Below, piece by piece: positions 9,239-17,548 of a DNA stretch of 24,476 bases; position 1 is the stretch's first letter, and every line of letters begins with the position of its first letter. This DNA is from an uncultured virus (IMG/VR IMGVR_UViG_3300046524_000154) (taxonomy: Duplodnaviria > Heunggongvirae > Uroviricota > Caudoviricetes). Below the pieces are notes generated by a model that did no database searches, was not told where the DNA came from, and worked only from the letters and a program-made list of their open reading frames with translations. A program made the position numbers and the translations under genes. The stretch lies in IMG/VR virus record IMGVR_UViG_3300046524_000154; one strand, written 5' to 3'.

Positions 9239-10429
9239 TTAGACAGTCAGCGACAGAACGTCCCATGCCTGGTCGTACAGACGGTGAACCGTGTAGCCCC
9301 AGTCCCAGCGCATGCTGTTGCCCTTCTGCAGCACCATCCGCTCGATGGCCGAGTACTCAGCCTGCGCGTTGGTGACCTTGCGCATCGCGTAGCGCGTGTC
9401 GAAGCCGACAATCAGGTCATCCGGGATGACGTTGTTGTCGAAGATCATGACCTGTACGCCCGAGAGAGACAGGTTCAGCAGCGACGGGATGATGTCCGGG
9501 CGCTGTTCGAACGGCTGCGCACTCGCGTCTTCCAGCTTGGTCGGGCGACCCGTGCGGTTTTCCAGTTTGATGAACGTTGCGAGCGTCATCAGGCACACGT
9601 TGATCTGGCGGATACGGCGCTTCGACGAAAGCCACTGCAGCCACGCGAGGTGCGTGATCGTGCCGGGGGTCGTGATCGACGTGTCGTATGCCGACACCTT
9701 GTTCGTCGGGAGCGCAGCCTGACCGATGTCCACGTCGCCGTTGATCATCGCCTCCACGCACTCGTCAAGGCGGGCAGCCGCTTCGATTTCTGCCTGGCGC
9801 GTCATCGACAGCGCGACGAAGTCGAGCGTGTTTTGCTGCATCGCTTCGTCCGAGATGACCAGACCCAGCGAGAACGTCGGGATCGAGCCCGTCTTGTCCG
9901 ACGCAGTCAGGGTCATCATCAGGTTCGGCTCAGCCAGCTGCGAGATGCGCGAGCTGGTTGCCTGCGACGGGCGCGCGTAGTCCAGAACCGGCCACCAGTA
10001 GCGCGAGTTCGACACGGTCTGCTTGTCCGTGATGAACGTGTCGAACAGTGCGACTTCGCTCTGGCGGTTGCCGTACAGCTGGCTTTCGACCATCTGCAGC
10101 AGCGCAGCCGGGAACAGAATTCGCGACGCCGGCACAGCGTCGGCCGTGTTCGCCGAGCCTGCAACCTGAAACTGCGTGTCGCACGTACCATTCACGGCTT
10201 CCGCGACGGTGGTCTTCTTCAGGCCGAGCGTCTTGTCTTCCGAGAAGAAGATGCCTGCCGAGGCGAACATCTGGTTCATCGTCGAGCCGTACTTGCTCGG
10301 GTCCGTTTTGTACTTCTGCGCCAGGTAGGAATCCACCGTCATGTGCGCTTCGTGCGCCGCCTGGTACAGATTCAGAGGCAGCGTGGCTTGTTGCTGTGCG
10401 CCCGCTACGTCGAGGAAGGTAACCTTCAT
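9239..10429 (-). CDS. Major capsid protein (396 aa)
   Basis: Size, strong RBS (AAGGGG), strongly biased codons, HK97-like elements (GLVISDEAM, IVGFDTRYAM...SAIERMV), position after decoration gene. Confidence 0.88.
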   Translation of the reverse strand: MKVTFLDVAGAQQQATLPLNLYQAAHEAHMTVDSYLAQKYKTDPSKYGSTMNQMFASAGIFFSEDKTLGLKKTTVAEAVNGTCDTQFQVAGSANTADAVPASRILFPAALLQMVESQLYGNRQSEVALFDTFITDKQTVSNSRYWWPVLDYARPSQATSSRISQLAEPNLMMTLTASDKTGSIPTFSLGLVISDEAMQQNTLDFVALSMTRQAEIEAAARLDECVEAMINGDVDIGQAALPTNKVSAYDTSITTPGTITHLAWLQWLSSKRRIRQINVCLMTLATFIKLENRTGRPTKLEDASAQPFEQRPDIIPSLLNLSLSGVQVMIFDNNVIPDDLIVGFDTRYAMRKVTNAQAEYSAIERMVLQKGNSMRWDWGYTVHRLYDQAWDVLSLTV

Positions 10430-10471
10430 TTTGTGTTTCCCCTTAAGGATTTTTAATGGACGCTGCGGGCT

Positions 10472-10966
10472 TTAGGCGCGCATCAGGACAACGACAGCGT
10501 TCGCGTCGCCGATGTTGAAACCGGGCAACACACCAACGATGCGCAGCTTGAACGTCAGCGCCGCGATCGTTGCTGCGGCTTGGTCGGCGGTCAGCTTGAC
10601 CTTGGGGCGCGGGAACTGGTTCACGTCGTTGTACGTACCGCGAGCGGCCTGCGCGTCAGCCAGCACGTAGTTGCCGATGGCCCAGCCGGCCGTAGCGATC
10701 ATGGCTTCCTTTTTGTTGCCCGGCTCGATGTAGCGCACCGCGCCCACCGTCAGACCGTCGGCCGTGAAGTTCGAGATCGACGAGACGTAGCCTTCGATCT
10801 GGTCGCCAGCCGAGCAGATATCGAACTGCGCGTCGCCAGTGAGCTTCACCGGCTTGCCGCGATCGGCATCCGTCAGCGGGGTGCCCGAAGTGCCGAGCTT
10901 GACCGTGATGACGTTTTCGGTCTGGTCCGAAGACGTTTCCGACAGAATGACTTTTTTCGTTGCCAT
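10472..10966 (-). CDS. Putative head decoration / cement protein (164 aa)
   Basis: ATG at 10966 with AGGAG RBS; D.GKPVKL.GD...C.AGD.IEG motif; lambda gpD-like position before the capsid gene. Confidence 0.7.
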   Translation of the reverse strand: MATKKVILSETSSDQTENVITVKLGTSGTPLTDADRGKPVKLTGDAQFDICSAGDQIEGYVSSISNFTADGLTVGAVRYIEPGNKKEAMIATAGWAIGNYVLADAQAARGTYNDVNQFPRPKVKLTADQAAATIAALTFKLRIVGVLPGFNIGDANAVVVLMRA

Positions 10967-11025
10967 TTCAGGACTCCTGAAGAAATTGGTTTCGCCCAAG
11001 GGCGTCTTGCGTTTCGGGCAAAGCC

Positions 11026-11658
11026 TTACTTCTTCGCAGCGGTGCCGCCCGCAGCGGCTGCGACGCGCATGGTGTGGATCGCGAGAGCCTCGCGGTCACG
11101 CACCTGCGCTTCCTGATTCGTTTGGGAGTCCGTAGGAACTGCAGCAACGCCGCCGACCGGGAACTTCGCAGCGAACGTCGCAGCGGCGGAGGCGTGCTGT
11201 GCAACCAGAGCCTCGACCGACATCTTCGACACGTCGACCTTGCCGCCGCCGAGCGCGATGCTCATGCGATCCAGCGAGTCCGACACCACCGTGACCATCG
11301 CTGCGCAATTCAGCGTGAGGGCGGTGACTTCGGCTTCGAGCTTGGCGTTCGCGATCGAGACGTTCGTGACCTTCTCGACGAGCGCGGTCAGATCAGGCGC
11401 GGCGGCTGCTGCCACAGCCGCCGCATCTGCACCCTTGCCAACATCGCTGCCGGCTTCCGCCCCTTCCTTGCCCTTGGCCGCTGCGACGGCTGCCGCATCC
11501 GGCTCATTGATCTTCACAGCGCCCTCGCCGGCGCCACCTGCGGCTGCTGCCGCCGCGACTGCGATGTCCGTCTTCGCCACACCAGAAACTGCGGCTGCGT
11601 CTGCGGTCTTGGCAGCCTGGGCCTTCGCCGCTGCCGCCATCAGATCCTGGATGCTCAT
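11026..11658 (-). CDS. Putative capsid scaffolding protein (210 aa)
   Basis: ATG at 11658 with AAGGA RBS; Ala-rich low-complexity N-half and coiled coil; between protease and decoration genes. Confidence 0.6.
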   Translation of the reverse strand: MSIQDLMAAAAKAQAAKTADAAAVSGVAKTDIAVAAAAAAGGAGEGAVKINEPDAAAVAAAKGKEGAEAGSDVGKGADAAAVAAAAAPDLTALVEKVTNVSIANAKLEAEVTALTLNCAAMVTVVSDSLDRMSIALGGGKVDVSKMSVEALVAQHASAAATFAAKFPVGGVAAVPTDSQTNQEAQVRDREALAIHTMRVAAAAGGTAAKK

Positions 11659-11670
11659 TTTCAATGTCCT

Positions 11671-12672
11671 TTAAGAGGGTAGGCGAAAAATGCCATTTGT
11701 CTGTTTTGCGCGATTCTCGGCGTTTTGCTGCGATTTTGCAACAGCATCTGTTAGAGATCCTGATGAATTTGCCATTCCGAGTGAGACTGCTTCAGGAGTC
11801 CAGAACACTTTGCCCTCGCCCCAGCTGCTTTTCACGCGATCTTGCGCGACGTTCATGCCCGTCGCGACGTCGCTCGTGAACGCTTCGTAGATGTGATCCA
11901 TGTCAGCGTGAGCCTGCTCTTTGGCCTTGTCGGAGAGCGGCTCGTGCGGCGACATCAGCGCCTTGTATTCGCCTTTGCGCAGCACCGTCGCGGTGATGCC
12001 GATGTTCTCCAGCATCTTGCTGTACTCCATGTGCGTCATGATCACGCCGATGGAGCCGAGCTGGGACATCGGTGCAGCCGTGATGTCGCCCGTCTGCGAG
12101 CCGAGCCAGTAGCCGCCTGATGCCATGATGCCGTCGGCGTGCGTCGAGACCGGCTTGAACGTGTTCAGCGCGCGGATCGCGTCGCCGGTTTCCTTCACGC
12201 CCGAGACGGCTCCGCCCGGCGACTTGACCTGCAGCACGACGCTCTTCACGTCGGGACGCTTGTACGCCTCGACCAGCGAGTCCTGAATGTGCGGGTATCC
12301 AACCATGCCCATGTACTTCAGGTAGTACTTGTCGCTGTTCACCAGGCCGCCGTTGATCGAGATCACGCCGACACCGTTCGAGTCCACGGACAGCGGCGCC
12401 GAGCTGAAGCGCTTGCGCTCTTCCTCCGCGTCGTCGCCTTCATCGCCCATGTCGATGCGGAACATGGTGGAGGCGGCAGCGACCTGCTTGAACGCCATCT
12501 GGCGACGCTCGGCGATCGAGGCGCGCGCGGCGAGAAACTCGCGGCGGTCGGCGTCCGCTTCCTCGCGCGCAGTTTTGTACTCGTCCGAGACTAACGCCAG
12601 CAGGATCGATGCGAGCGAGTCGCCGTTGCCCGCCCACAGCATCTGGCCGCCGAGTAGCTGGAGGAGGTTCAT
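11671..12672 (-). CDS. Prohead maturation protease, S49 (SppA/ClpP-like) family
   Basis: VKSPGGAVSG, MASGGYWLGS, GSIGVIMTH and GEYKAL motifs; ATGA overlap with portal stop. Confidence 0.93.
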   Translation of the reverse strand: MNLLQLLGGQMLWAGNGDSLASILLALVSDEYKTAREEADADRREFLAARASIAERRQMAFKQVAAASTMFRIDMGDEGDDAEEERKRFSSAPLSVDSNGVGVISINGGLVNSDKYYLKYMGMVGYPHIQDSLVEAYKRPDVKSVVLQVKSPGGAVSGVKETGDAIRALNTFKPVSTHADGIMASGGYWLGSQTGDITAAPMSQLGSIGVIMTHMEYSKMLENIGITATVLRKGEYKALMSPHEPLSDKAKEQAHADMDHIYEAFTSDVATGMNVAQDRVKSSWGEGKVFWTPEAVSLGMANSSGSLTDAVAKSQQNAENRAKQTNGIFRLPS

Positions 12673-14405
12673 GGTTTTGCCTTCTGTGTGGTCTGTTTCG
12701 GTTGCGGCGCGGACTTCGCAGGCGCTGGCTGAGCGCCCGTCTTGCCGGATTTCGGTGTGTTCTGGAGCTGCTCGGTCTGGCTGCCGCCGCCACCGTCCTG
12801 CCCTGGCGAGCCGCCCGCGCTGGTGCCCGAGTACGGGTTCGTCGCGGCGGTCGAGACCGTGGTGGGCTCGTAGAAGCGCGTGCCCGAGAGAGGTGTGAAC
12901 GTCCCGGAAGGCAGCTGGCCGGTAAGGGTGATAGACGCCTGCTCGTCGGAGATCAGCCCGAGCGAGAGCTGCTCCATGATCCGCGCCTGGCGCTGGTTCA
13001 TGAACGCTTCCAGCTCGATCTCAGGACGCAGGTTGATGTCGGAGAGCTTGAATTCGACCACCGAGTCACTGCCCAGCATGCGCAGGATCAGCGTGAACAT
13101 GCGCGAGAGCAGCTCGTTCAGCGGCTTCTGCGTCGAGCCTTCAACCTGACGGATGAAGATCATCGACTCGACCGACGTGTTGCTCGCGTTGTTGCCGCGC
13201 CCGATGATGCCGGGCAGCACCTTGGCGCCCGAGCTGACTTTCGAGTCGGCCATGCTGGAGAGCTGATCGTATTCGGCCGAGAGCGACGAGTTGCCCCGGT
13301 CGAGGATGGCGACCTCCATCGAATCGAGAACCACCAGCGCGTCTTCCGGCTCAAGACCGTCGATCGACGTCGCGATCTGGTCGACGAAGCCGTTGTAGAA
13401 CGCCAGCAGCTTGTCGGAGTCCTGCTGTGCCTCGGGCGGGATCAGCCCCTGCAGCTCTTCCGTCTTCACGGTGATGACCGTGCGCGGGTGCAGGTTGATG
13501 CGGATCACACGGCGGATGTCGTTGAGCAGCTGCAGCCCGAAGAGGGTGGCCTGCAGCGCTGGCTCCATCGGCGACTCGGAGTACGCGGTGTAGAGCGACT
13601 GGTCGAGCGAGACGTAGAAGAACGCCGGAAAGTCCAGCGGCACGTACTGACCACCGACCTGCTGGTTCGGAATAGCCCAGCGCGCGTTGTTCGATGGAAA
13701 CCACTTGATGTCGCGCGAGCCGACCGGCTGAATCCGCGACGGCACGCGAGCCTGATCCATCACGACTTCACCGCAGGCCGAGCCGAACTGGCGCAGCTCC
13801 AGCGCCCACATCTCGCACAGTGCGCGCAGCGAGAAGTTCGGGTTGTAGCCTTGGTCGTACTGGCCGATCAGGTCGTTCTGCCGAATCCACTGCTGGATGA
13901 CGGCGGAGCCCTGCGGATCAACGGCGCCAGTCGTGCGGTCGTACGCGATCACGGTGGGGTTCGTGAGCGCGAGCCGGATGTACGCGTCGACGGCGGCGGC
14001 CAGCTCCGGGTTGACCTTCGAGAAGACCTGGATGGTCGACTTGGTCGTGCCGGTGGTGCGGAACGTCGTGAGATCGAGGTTGGCCGTGCCGCGATCGTTG
14101 TCGACCATCTGCGCGGTGGTCGCCGGCTTCGCGAGCGTGAACATCGACGGCGTTGTGACGCCGCCTTTGCCTTTGATCTTCGGATCTGCGACGTCAGGCA
14201 GGTCAGCCGCGCTGCCACCTGTGCCCTTGGCCGGGCCGAGCACCTGGTAGCCAAGCTGGCCGTTCTCGCTGTTCAGTACGACCTGGCGCTGGCCGATTTT
14301 CACCGTGTTCAGCTTGGGTTCGAGCGGGCGGCGTTGCTCCTTAGCTCGCGATCCGATCGCGAACAGCTCGCCCATCTTCTTGCCCAATTCCCGGATACCA
14401 GCCAT
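12669..14405 (-). CDS. Portal protein (578 aa)
   Basis: Likely start MAGIREL at 14405; size and position between terminase and protease; ELRQFGSACGEVV and SPMEPAL elements. Confidence 0.8.
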   Translation of the reverse strand: MAGIRELGKKMGELFAIGSRAKEQRRPLEPKLNTVKIGQRQVVLNSENGQLGYQVLGPAKGTGGSAADLPDVADPKIKGKGGVTTPSMFTLAKPATTAQMVDNDRGTANLDLTTFRTTGTTKSTIQVFSKVNPELAAAVDAYIRLALTNPTVIAYDRTTGAVDPQGSAVIQQWIRQNDLIGQYDQGYNPNFSLRALCEMWALELRQFGSACGEVVMDQARVPSRIQPVGSRDIKWFPSNNARWAIPNQQVGGQYVPLDFPAFFYVSLDQSLYTAYSESPMEPALQATLFGLQLLNDIRRVIRINLHPRTVITVKTEELQGLIPPEAQQDSDKLLAFYNGFVDQIATSIDGLEPEDALVVLDSMEVAILDRGNSSLSAEYDQLSSMADSKVSSGAKVLPGIIGRGNNASNTSVESMIFIRQVEGSTQKPLNELLSRMFTLILRMLGSDSVVEFKLSDINLRPEIELEAFMNQRQARIMEQLSLGLISDEQASITLTGQLPSGTFTPLSGTRFYEPTTVSTAATNPYSGTSAGGSPGQDGGGGSQTEQLQNTPKSGKTGAQPAPAKSAPQPKQTTQKAKP

Positions 14406-14428
14406 ATACCCCGCCTTTGTTGTGCCGA

Positions 14429-14457
14429 AATTTACTTGATTACTCAGGACTACGCAA
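14429..14457 (-). promoter_or_regulatory. Putative promoter of the head/tail operon, TTGCGT-17-TAAATT
   Basis: Sigma70-like spacing, just downstream of a terminator and 23 nt upstream of the portal ATG; similar motif at 18352-18379. Confidence 0.55.
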
Positions 14458-14473
14458 TAAATCCGCTGAAATG

Positions 14474-14504
14474 AAAAACGCCGCACACCTTTCGATGCGC
14501 GGCG
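14474..14504 (-). terminator. Intrinsic terminator with GAAA tetraloop
   Basis: Minus strand CGCCGCGCATC-GAAA-GGTGTGCGGCG-TTTTT, with G-U pairs valid on this strand. Confidence 0.85.
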
Positions 14505-14536
14505 CCGGGCCAAACATGGACAACCACTATGCCACT

Positions 14537-14689
14537 CCTGCATGCGGCAGACGGGGGATCTGCCGCACAGGCCGCCATACGTCGACGACCTTGACTTCGG
14601 TAGAGCGCCGGGGGTTGCGCTGTGCTACTAATCCGGTTTTCTGGATCTGGCGACCGGGTGGGCCAGTCGTGATGCGAACCTTAGTCGTC
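14537..14689 (-). ncRNA. Candidate structured RNA (multibranch domain plus long hairpin)
   Basis: GACGACT/GGTCGTC closes three short hairpins (14584-14689), followed by CCTG-TGCGGCAGA/TCTGCCGCA-CAGG (14537-14571); folded by eye only. Confidence 0.3.
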
Positions 14690-14702
14690 CTGACCTTGTG
14701 TG

Positions 14703-14828
14703 TCAATCATCCTCTCTCACGTCGACCCGGATATTGCTCGGCTGGCCGAACGTCCGGGGCTCGTGAGGGCGCTGTCTGCGCCGTCCGAAGACGCGGCGCA
14801 GCAAGGTCAGGAGCAGGCGCACAAGCAT
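14703..14828 (-). CDS. 41-aa peptide MLVRLLLTLLRRVFGRRRQRPHEPRTFGQPSNIRVDVREDD
   Basis: ATG directly follows the upstream TAA; shares the TFGQPS motif with the upstream protein; below ORF-track cutoff. Confidence 0.7.
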   Translation of the reverse strand: MLVRLLLTLLRRVFGRRRQRPHEPRTFGQPSNIRVDVREDD

Positions 14829-15197
14829 TTACGCGACGACTGCGTCGGCTTCGACCACCACCGACATACCGCTCGGCTGGCCGAACGTCTTCGGTACCGG
14901 GGGCGTGCCGCCCGTCTCAATCACCGCGAAGCTCAGCTCGGACGGCGAGCCCAGGTTTGCCAGACTCGCGTCGCCGGTGAGGCGCTGAGCGACGCCGATG
15001 TACGAGCCCGACGGGACGCCGGTGAACACCGCGCTCGGCACAGCCATGTCTGAGTCGTCGACGTCCTGCGTCGCCACGACGGTCGTGCGGTCGGCGCTGA
15101 GAATCGACACACGCAACTTGCCGACGACGGTGTCTTCGGGTACCGAGATCGCCGAGAGCGCGATCTGCGTGATGATCATCGAAAGAGTGACTTTCAT
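14829..15197 (-). CDS. Small all-beta (Ig/FN3-like) hypothetical protein (122 aa)
   Basis: AGGA RBS; Val/Thr/Ser-rich; FTGVPSGSY.G.AQ resembles the FN3 E-F strand motif. Confidence 0.75.
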   Translation of the reverse strand: MKVTLSMIITQIALSAISVPEDTVVGKLRVSILSADRTTVVATQDVDDSDMAVPSAVFTGVPSGSYIGVAQRLTGDASLANLGSPSELSFAVIETGGTPPVPKTFGQPSGMSVVVEADAVVA

Positions 15198-15265
15198 TTT
15201 GTTTTCCTAACTATTGGTGGGGGTGAGCCGAGGGACGGCAGCCCGGATTCTAATTCAACAGGAAG

Positions 15266-15324
15266 AAAAATGGCCGCCTTGGGAGAGCGGCCAATGAAAA
15301 AAGGTAGCGCGAGGCCGCTACCTT
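15266..15324 (-). terminator. Two tandem intrinsic terminators
   Basis: AAGGTAGCG-GCCTCG-CGCTACC-TTTTTT (15297-15324) then TGGCCGC...GCGGCCA-TTTTT (15266-15293). Confidence 0.8.
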
Positions 15325-15331
15325 CGGGGGC

Positions 15332-15553
15332 TTAGTGGTGCGAGGGTTCGCGGACGAAGTAGGCCGGGTCGTATCGCGGCTCAAGGTTGTCCTCGTGGCG
15401 CTCGGCGCGAACAATCTCCCGGACCTCGCGCAGAATGCGGCCAGCAGACGGTCGCTGGTACACCGTACGCGTGAAGTGTCCCGGCTCATCGAGTAGCGCG
15501 AGCGCGCGCCGGAACCCGTTGAGTGCGTCATCGAATCGTTCACTAGCTGACAT
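15332..15553 (-). CDS. Hypothetical protein (73 aa)
   Basis: ATG at 15553 with GGGAG RBS; stop directly followed by the terminators. Confidence 0.6.
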   Translation of the reverse strand: MSASERFDDALNGFRRALALLDEPGHFTRTVYQRPSAGRILREVREIVRAERHEDNLEPRYDPAYFVREPSHH

Positions 15554-15728
15554 GGCTGAACTCCCAGGTAGCTGAAGCGGCTCATTCTTTGCTAAACGTC
15601 TGATTTGATCCACGACTGTTACTCATGGAAACAGTTCAGGATTCCCAGGTAAATTTTACTCCGTGCGTACTCCATACAAAGCCGTCGCGGCGCCGCGTAA
15701 GCATTTAGAAAGGGTACGACGGTACTTT

Positions 15729-17459
15729 TTACAAAGTCGTCTTCATCTTCATCCTGCTCATGAACTGCAGACTCGACACCTGGATGATGGGGCGCGCGGC
15801 GAGACGCAGCTTTGCCGCGACCCATGCATAAAGTAATGCGTGGTGCATATGGTCAATCTCGATCTTCGACTTTACCCAGGCGAACTGCTCGGTGTCCGGG
15901 CTGTTCAGGTTGCTCATCTGGCGCACGCGGCGCATGTCGCGCATGTGGTCGCGGAACTCTTCACGGTCCTCTTTCGGCTGCATCGGGTCGTTGCCGACAA
16001 TGCCGGCGCGAATGTCTTCCATCAGGAAGTCGAGCGCGATGTTGCGGTTCACGTTGATCTGCCGCTCGTCGAACAGCGCGTCCACCTTGTCCTCTTCCTC
16101 GTCGAGCATCCGGTACGGGCGCATGCCCTTGGCCTTCACGTAGACGGATGCATAGAGGTTCCGGTACTTCTGCTGCAGCCGGTAGACGGTTTCCGTGTAC
16201 GGCTGGCTGTCCATCACCATCGCGATCGGCCGGCAGCGCTGCACGATCCTGTCGAGTTCCTTGTCCAGCTCCTTGTAGTTGATCCGGTGCACCTTGCGCT
16301 GCATCAGGTGGTCGCCCGCGTCGATATAGCACTCGGACACGTGGCACGTCGTGCCCATGTCGATGCCCAGCACGCAGCCGACGAGACCCGGCATGTACAC
16401 CATCTCCATCATGTCCAGGTCGGCCGGCTGGATCCCGCTCAGCTCGTCCTCGTCGGTCTGGCCGAGGCCGAAGTTGATGAAGTCGGTCAGGCGCTTGTAG
16501 CTCGTGCGCGAGATCATCAGATCCTGCACCGTGATGAACCCCGGTGCATCGAACGGGCTGAGCTGCGTGCCGTCGGCGTTGTGCTGCTCGTCGTTGTTCT
16601 CGCAGACCCACTCGCGGAAGTCGAGGCTCAGGTCGGGCCGCTTCTTGCACTTCGGGCAGGCCAGATACGCCTCGCGCCACCGCGTGCGCGGCAGCTTCGA
16701 CTTGTCCAGCGAGAAGATGTCGCCGGTGAAGCCGGGCACGACCACGTGGTCCTTGTAGCTCGGGATGAACTGGTGGTTGCAGTGGCAGCAGCGCACGAAG
16801 TTGAACCAGCGGTTGCTGTTCTTGAACTCGTCGTCGATCCCGTAGCGCGGCACGGTCGGCGTGCTCGTCTTCATCTTCCACTTCAGCTTCGAGTGCGTCA
16901 GGCGCGACTGGAAGGAGGTGAGGGCGTCCTGGTCGGAAAAGTCCACCTCGTCGTGCAGAAGCATGTCGGCCGGTACCGAGATGGCCGCGTTCTGCGTGAA
17001 CGTGCCGCGAATGTAGAGCAGGGACGAGCCGATCTGCTTCAGCTCCGAGCTGTCGTTGTTGCCGACGACCGCCTCCCGTAAAGGCTCACTCTCGCGGATC
17101 ACCGGATCGATCCGGGTCTTCGCGAACATCGAGGCGAAGCTCGCCGTCGGCAGCGTCAGGATTGCGCTGAAGTGCGGGATCATGTAGCACAGCGCGAGCA
17201 CGCGGCGCACCTTCAGCTCGGAGATGCCCAGCTGGGAGCACTTCTTCGTGTACTGCTCGGGCTTTTTCGATGCGAGGATCTTCAGCTGGTACTCGTGGTC
17301 GACGAAGCTGTACTTGTTGCCGTTGATGTACGTCTTTTCCGAGATCCACTTCGGCACCGCCTCGTGCGAGAAGCTGGTGCCGACCGCCATGTTCATGCGG
17401 TCGAACATGCTGTTTTCATCGAGACGCCATTCGACGTCAGGTTTGCGGCCAGCAGGCAT
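15729..17459 (-). CDS. terL: Terminase large subunit, lambda GpA-like (576 aa)
   Basis: Walker A-like KCSQLGISE, Walker B MLLHDEVD, coupling motif STP, Zn-finger CCHC...CPKC, nuclease GIDMG and C-terminal DHMHHA; AAGGA RBS. Confidence 0.93.
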   Translation of the reverse strand: MPAGRKPDVEWRLDENSMFDRMNMAVGTSFSHEAVPKWISEKTYINGNKYSFVDHEYQLKILASKKPEQYTKKCSQLGISELKVRRVLALCYMIPHFSAILTLPTASFASMFAKTRIDPVIRESEPLREAVVGNNDSSELKQIGSSLLYIRGTFTQNAAISVPADMLLHDEVDFSDQDALTSFQSRLTHSKLKWKMKTSTPTVPRYGIDDEFKNSNRWFNFVRCCHCNHQFIPSYKDHVVVPGFTGDIFSLDKSKLPRTRWREAYLACPKCKKRPDLSLDFREWVCENNDEQHNADGTQLSPFDAPGFITVQDLMISRTSYKRLTDFINFGLGQTDEDELSGIQPADLDMMEMVYMPGLVGCVLGIDMGTTCHVSECYIDAGDHLMQRKVHRINYKELDKELDRIVQRCRPIAMVMDSQPYTETVYRLQQKYRNLYASVYVKAKGMRPYRMLDEEEDKVDALFDERQINVNRNIALDFLMEDIRAGIVGNDPMQPKEDREEFRDHMRDMRRVRQMSNLNSPDTEQFAWVKSKIEIDHMHHALLYAWVAAKLRLAARPIIQVSSLQFMSRMKMKTTL

Positions 17460-17548
17460 CAGGAGTCCTTAACTTCGCGCTTGTCAGAAGGCGCTCGCGG
17501 CTTGAGAAAGATCGAGCACCAGAACCACCACACGAGCACCGGGTTCAT
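17459..17548 (-). CDS. 29-aa peptide MNPVLVWWFWCSIFLKPRAPSDKREVKDS
   Basis: GGAG RBS; ATGA overlap with the upstream stop and TGATG overlap with the terL start. Confidence 0.6.
   Translation of the reverse strand: MNPVLVWWFWCSIFLKPRAPSDKREVKDS

Noticed and set aside
14406..14543. N-terminal extension of the portal ORF
   Set aside because: It runs through a terminator and a promoter-like motif; ATG 14405 is the more plausible start.
14584..14689. Cloverleaf as a tRNA gene
   Set aside because: No TTC-containing T-loop in the right arm, no proper D or anticodon arm geometry, no CCA end.
14736..14889. 19-bp repeat as a DGR template/variable pair or an att core
   Set aside because: Too short, no adenine-specific mismatches, no reverse transcriptase or integrase in the window; both copies encode the same peptide motif.
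15250..15585. Alternative 111-aa minus-strand ORF
   Set aside because: No clear RBS and it reads through both terminators; the 73-aa frame has GGGAG and stops just before them.
20..17081. Long plus-strand ORFs (for example 20-1585, 4645-6375, 8243-10456, 12609-14474, 15840-17081)
   Set aside because: Antisense shadows of strongly biased minus-strand genes; Arg/Leu/Val-rich with no recognisable motifs.
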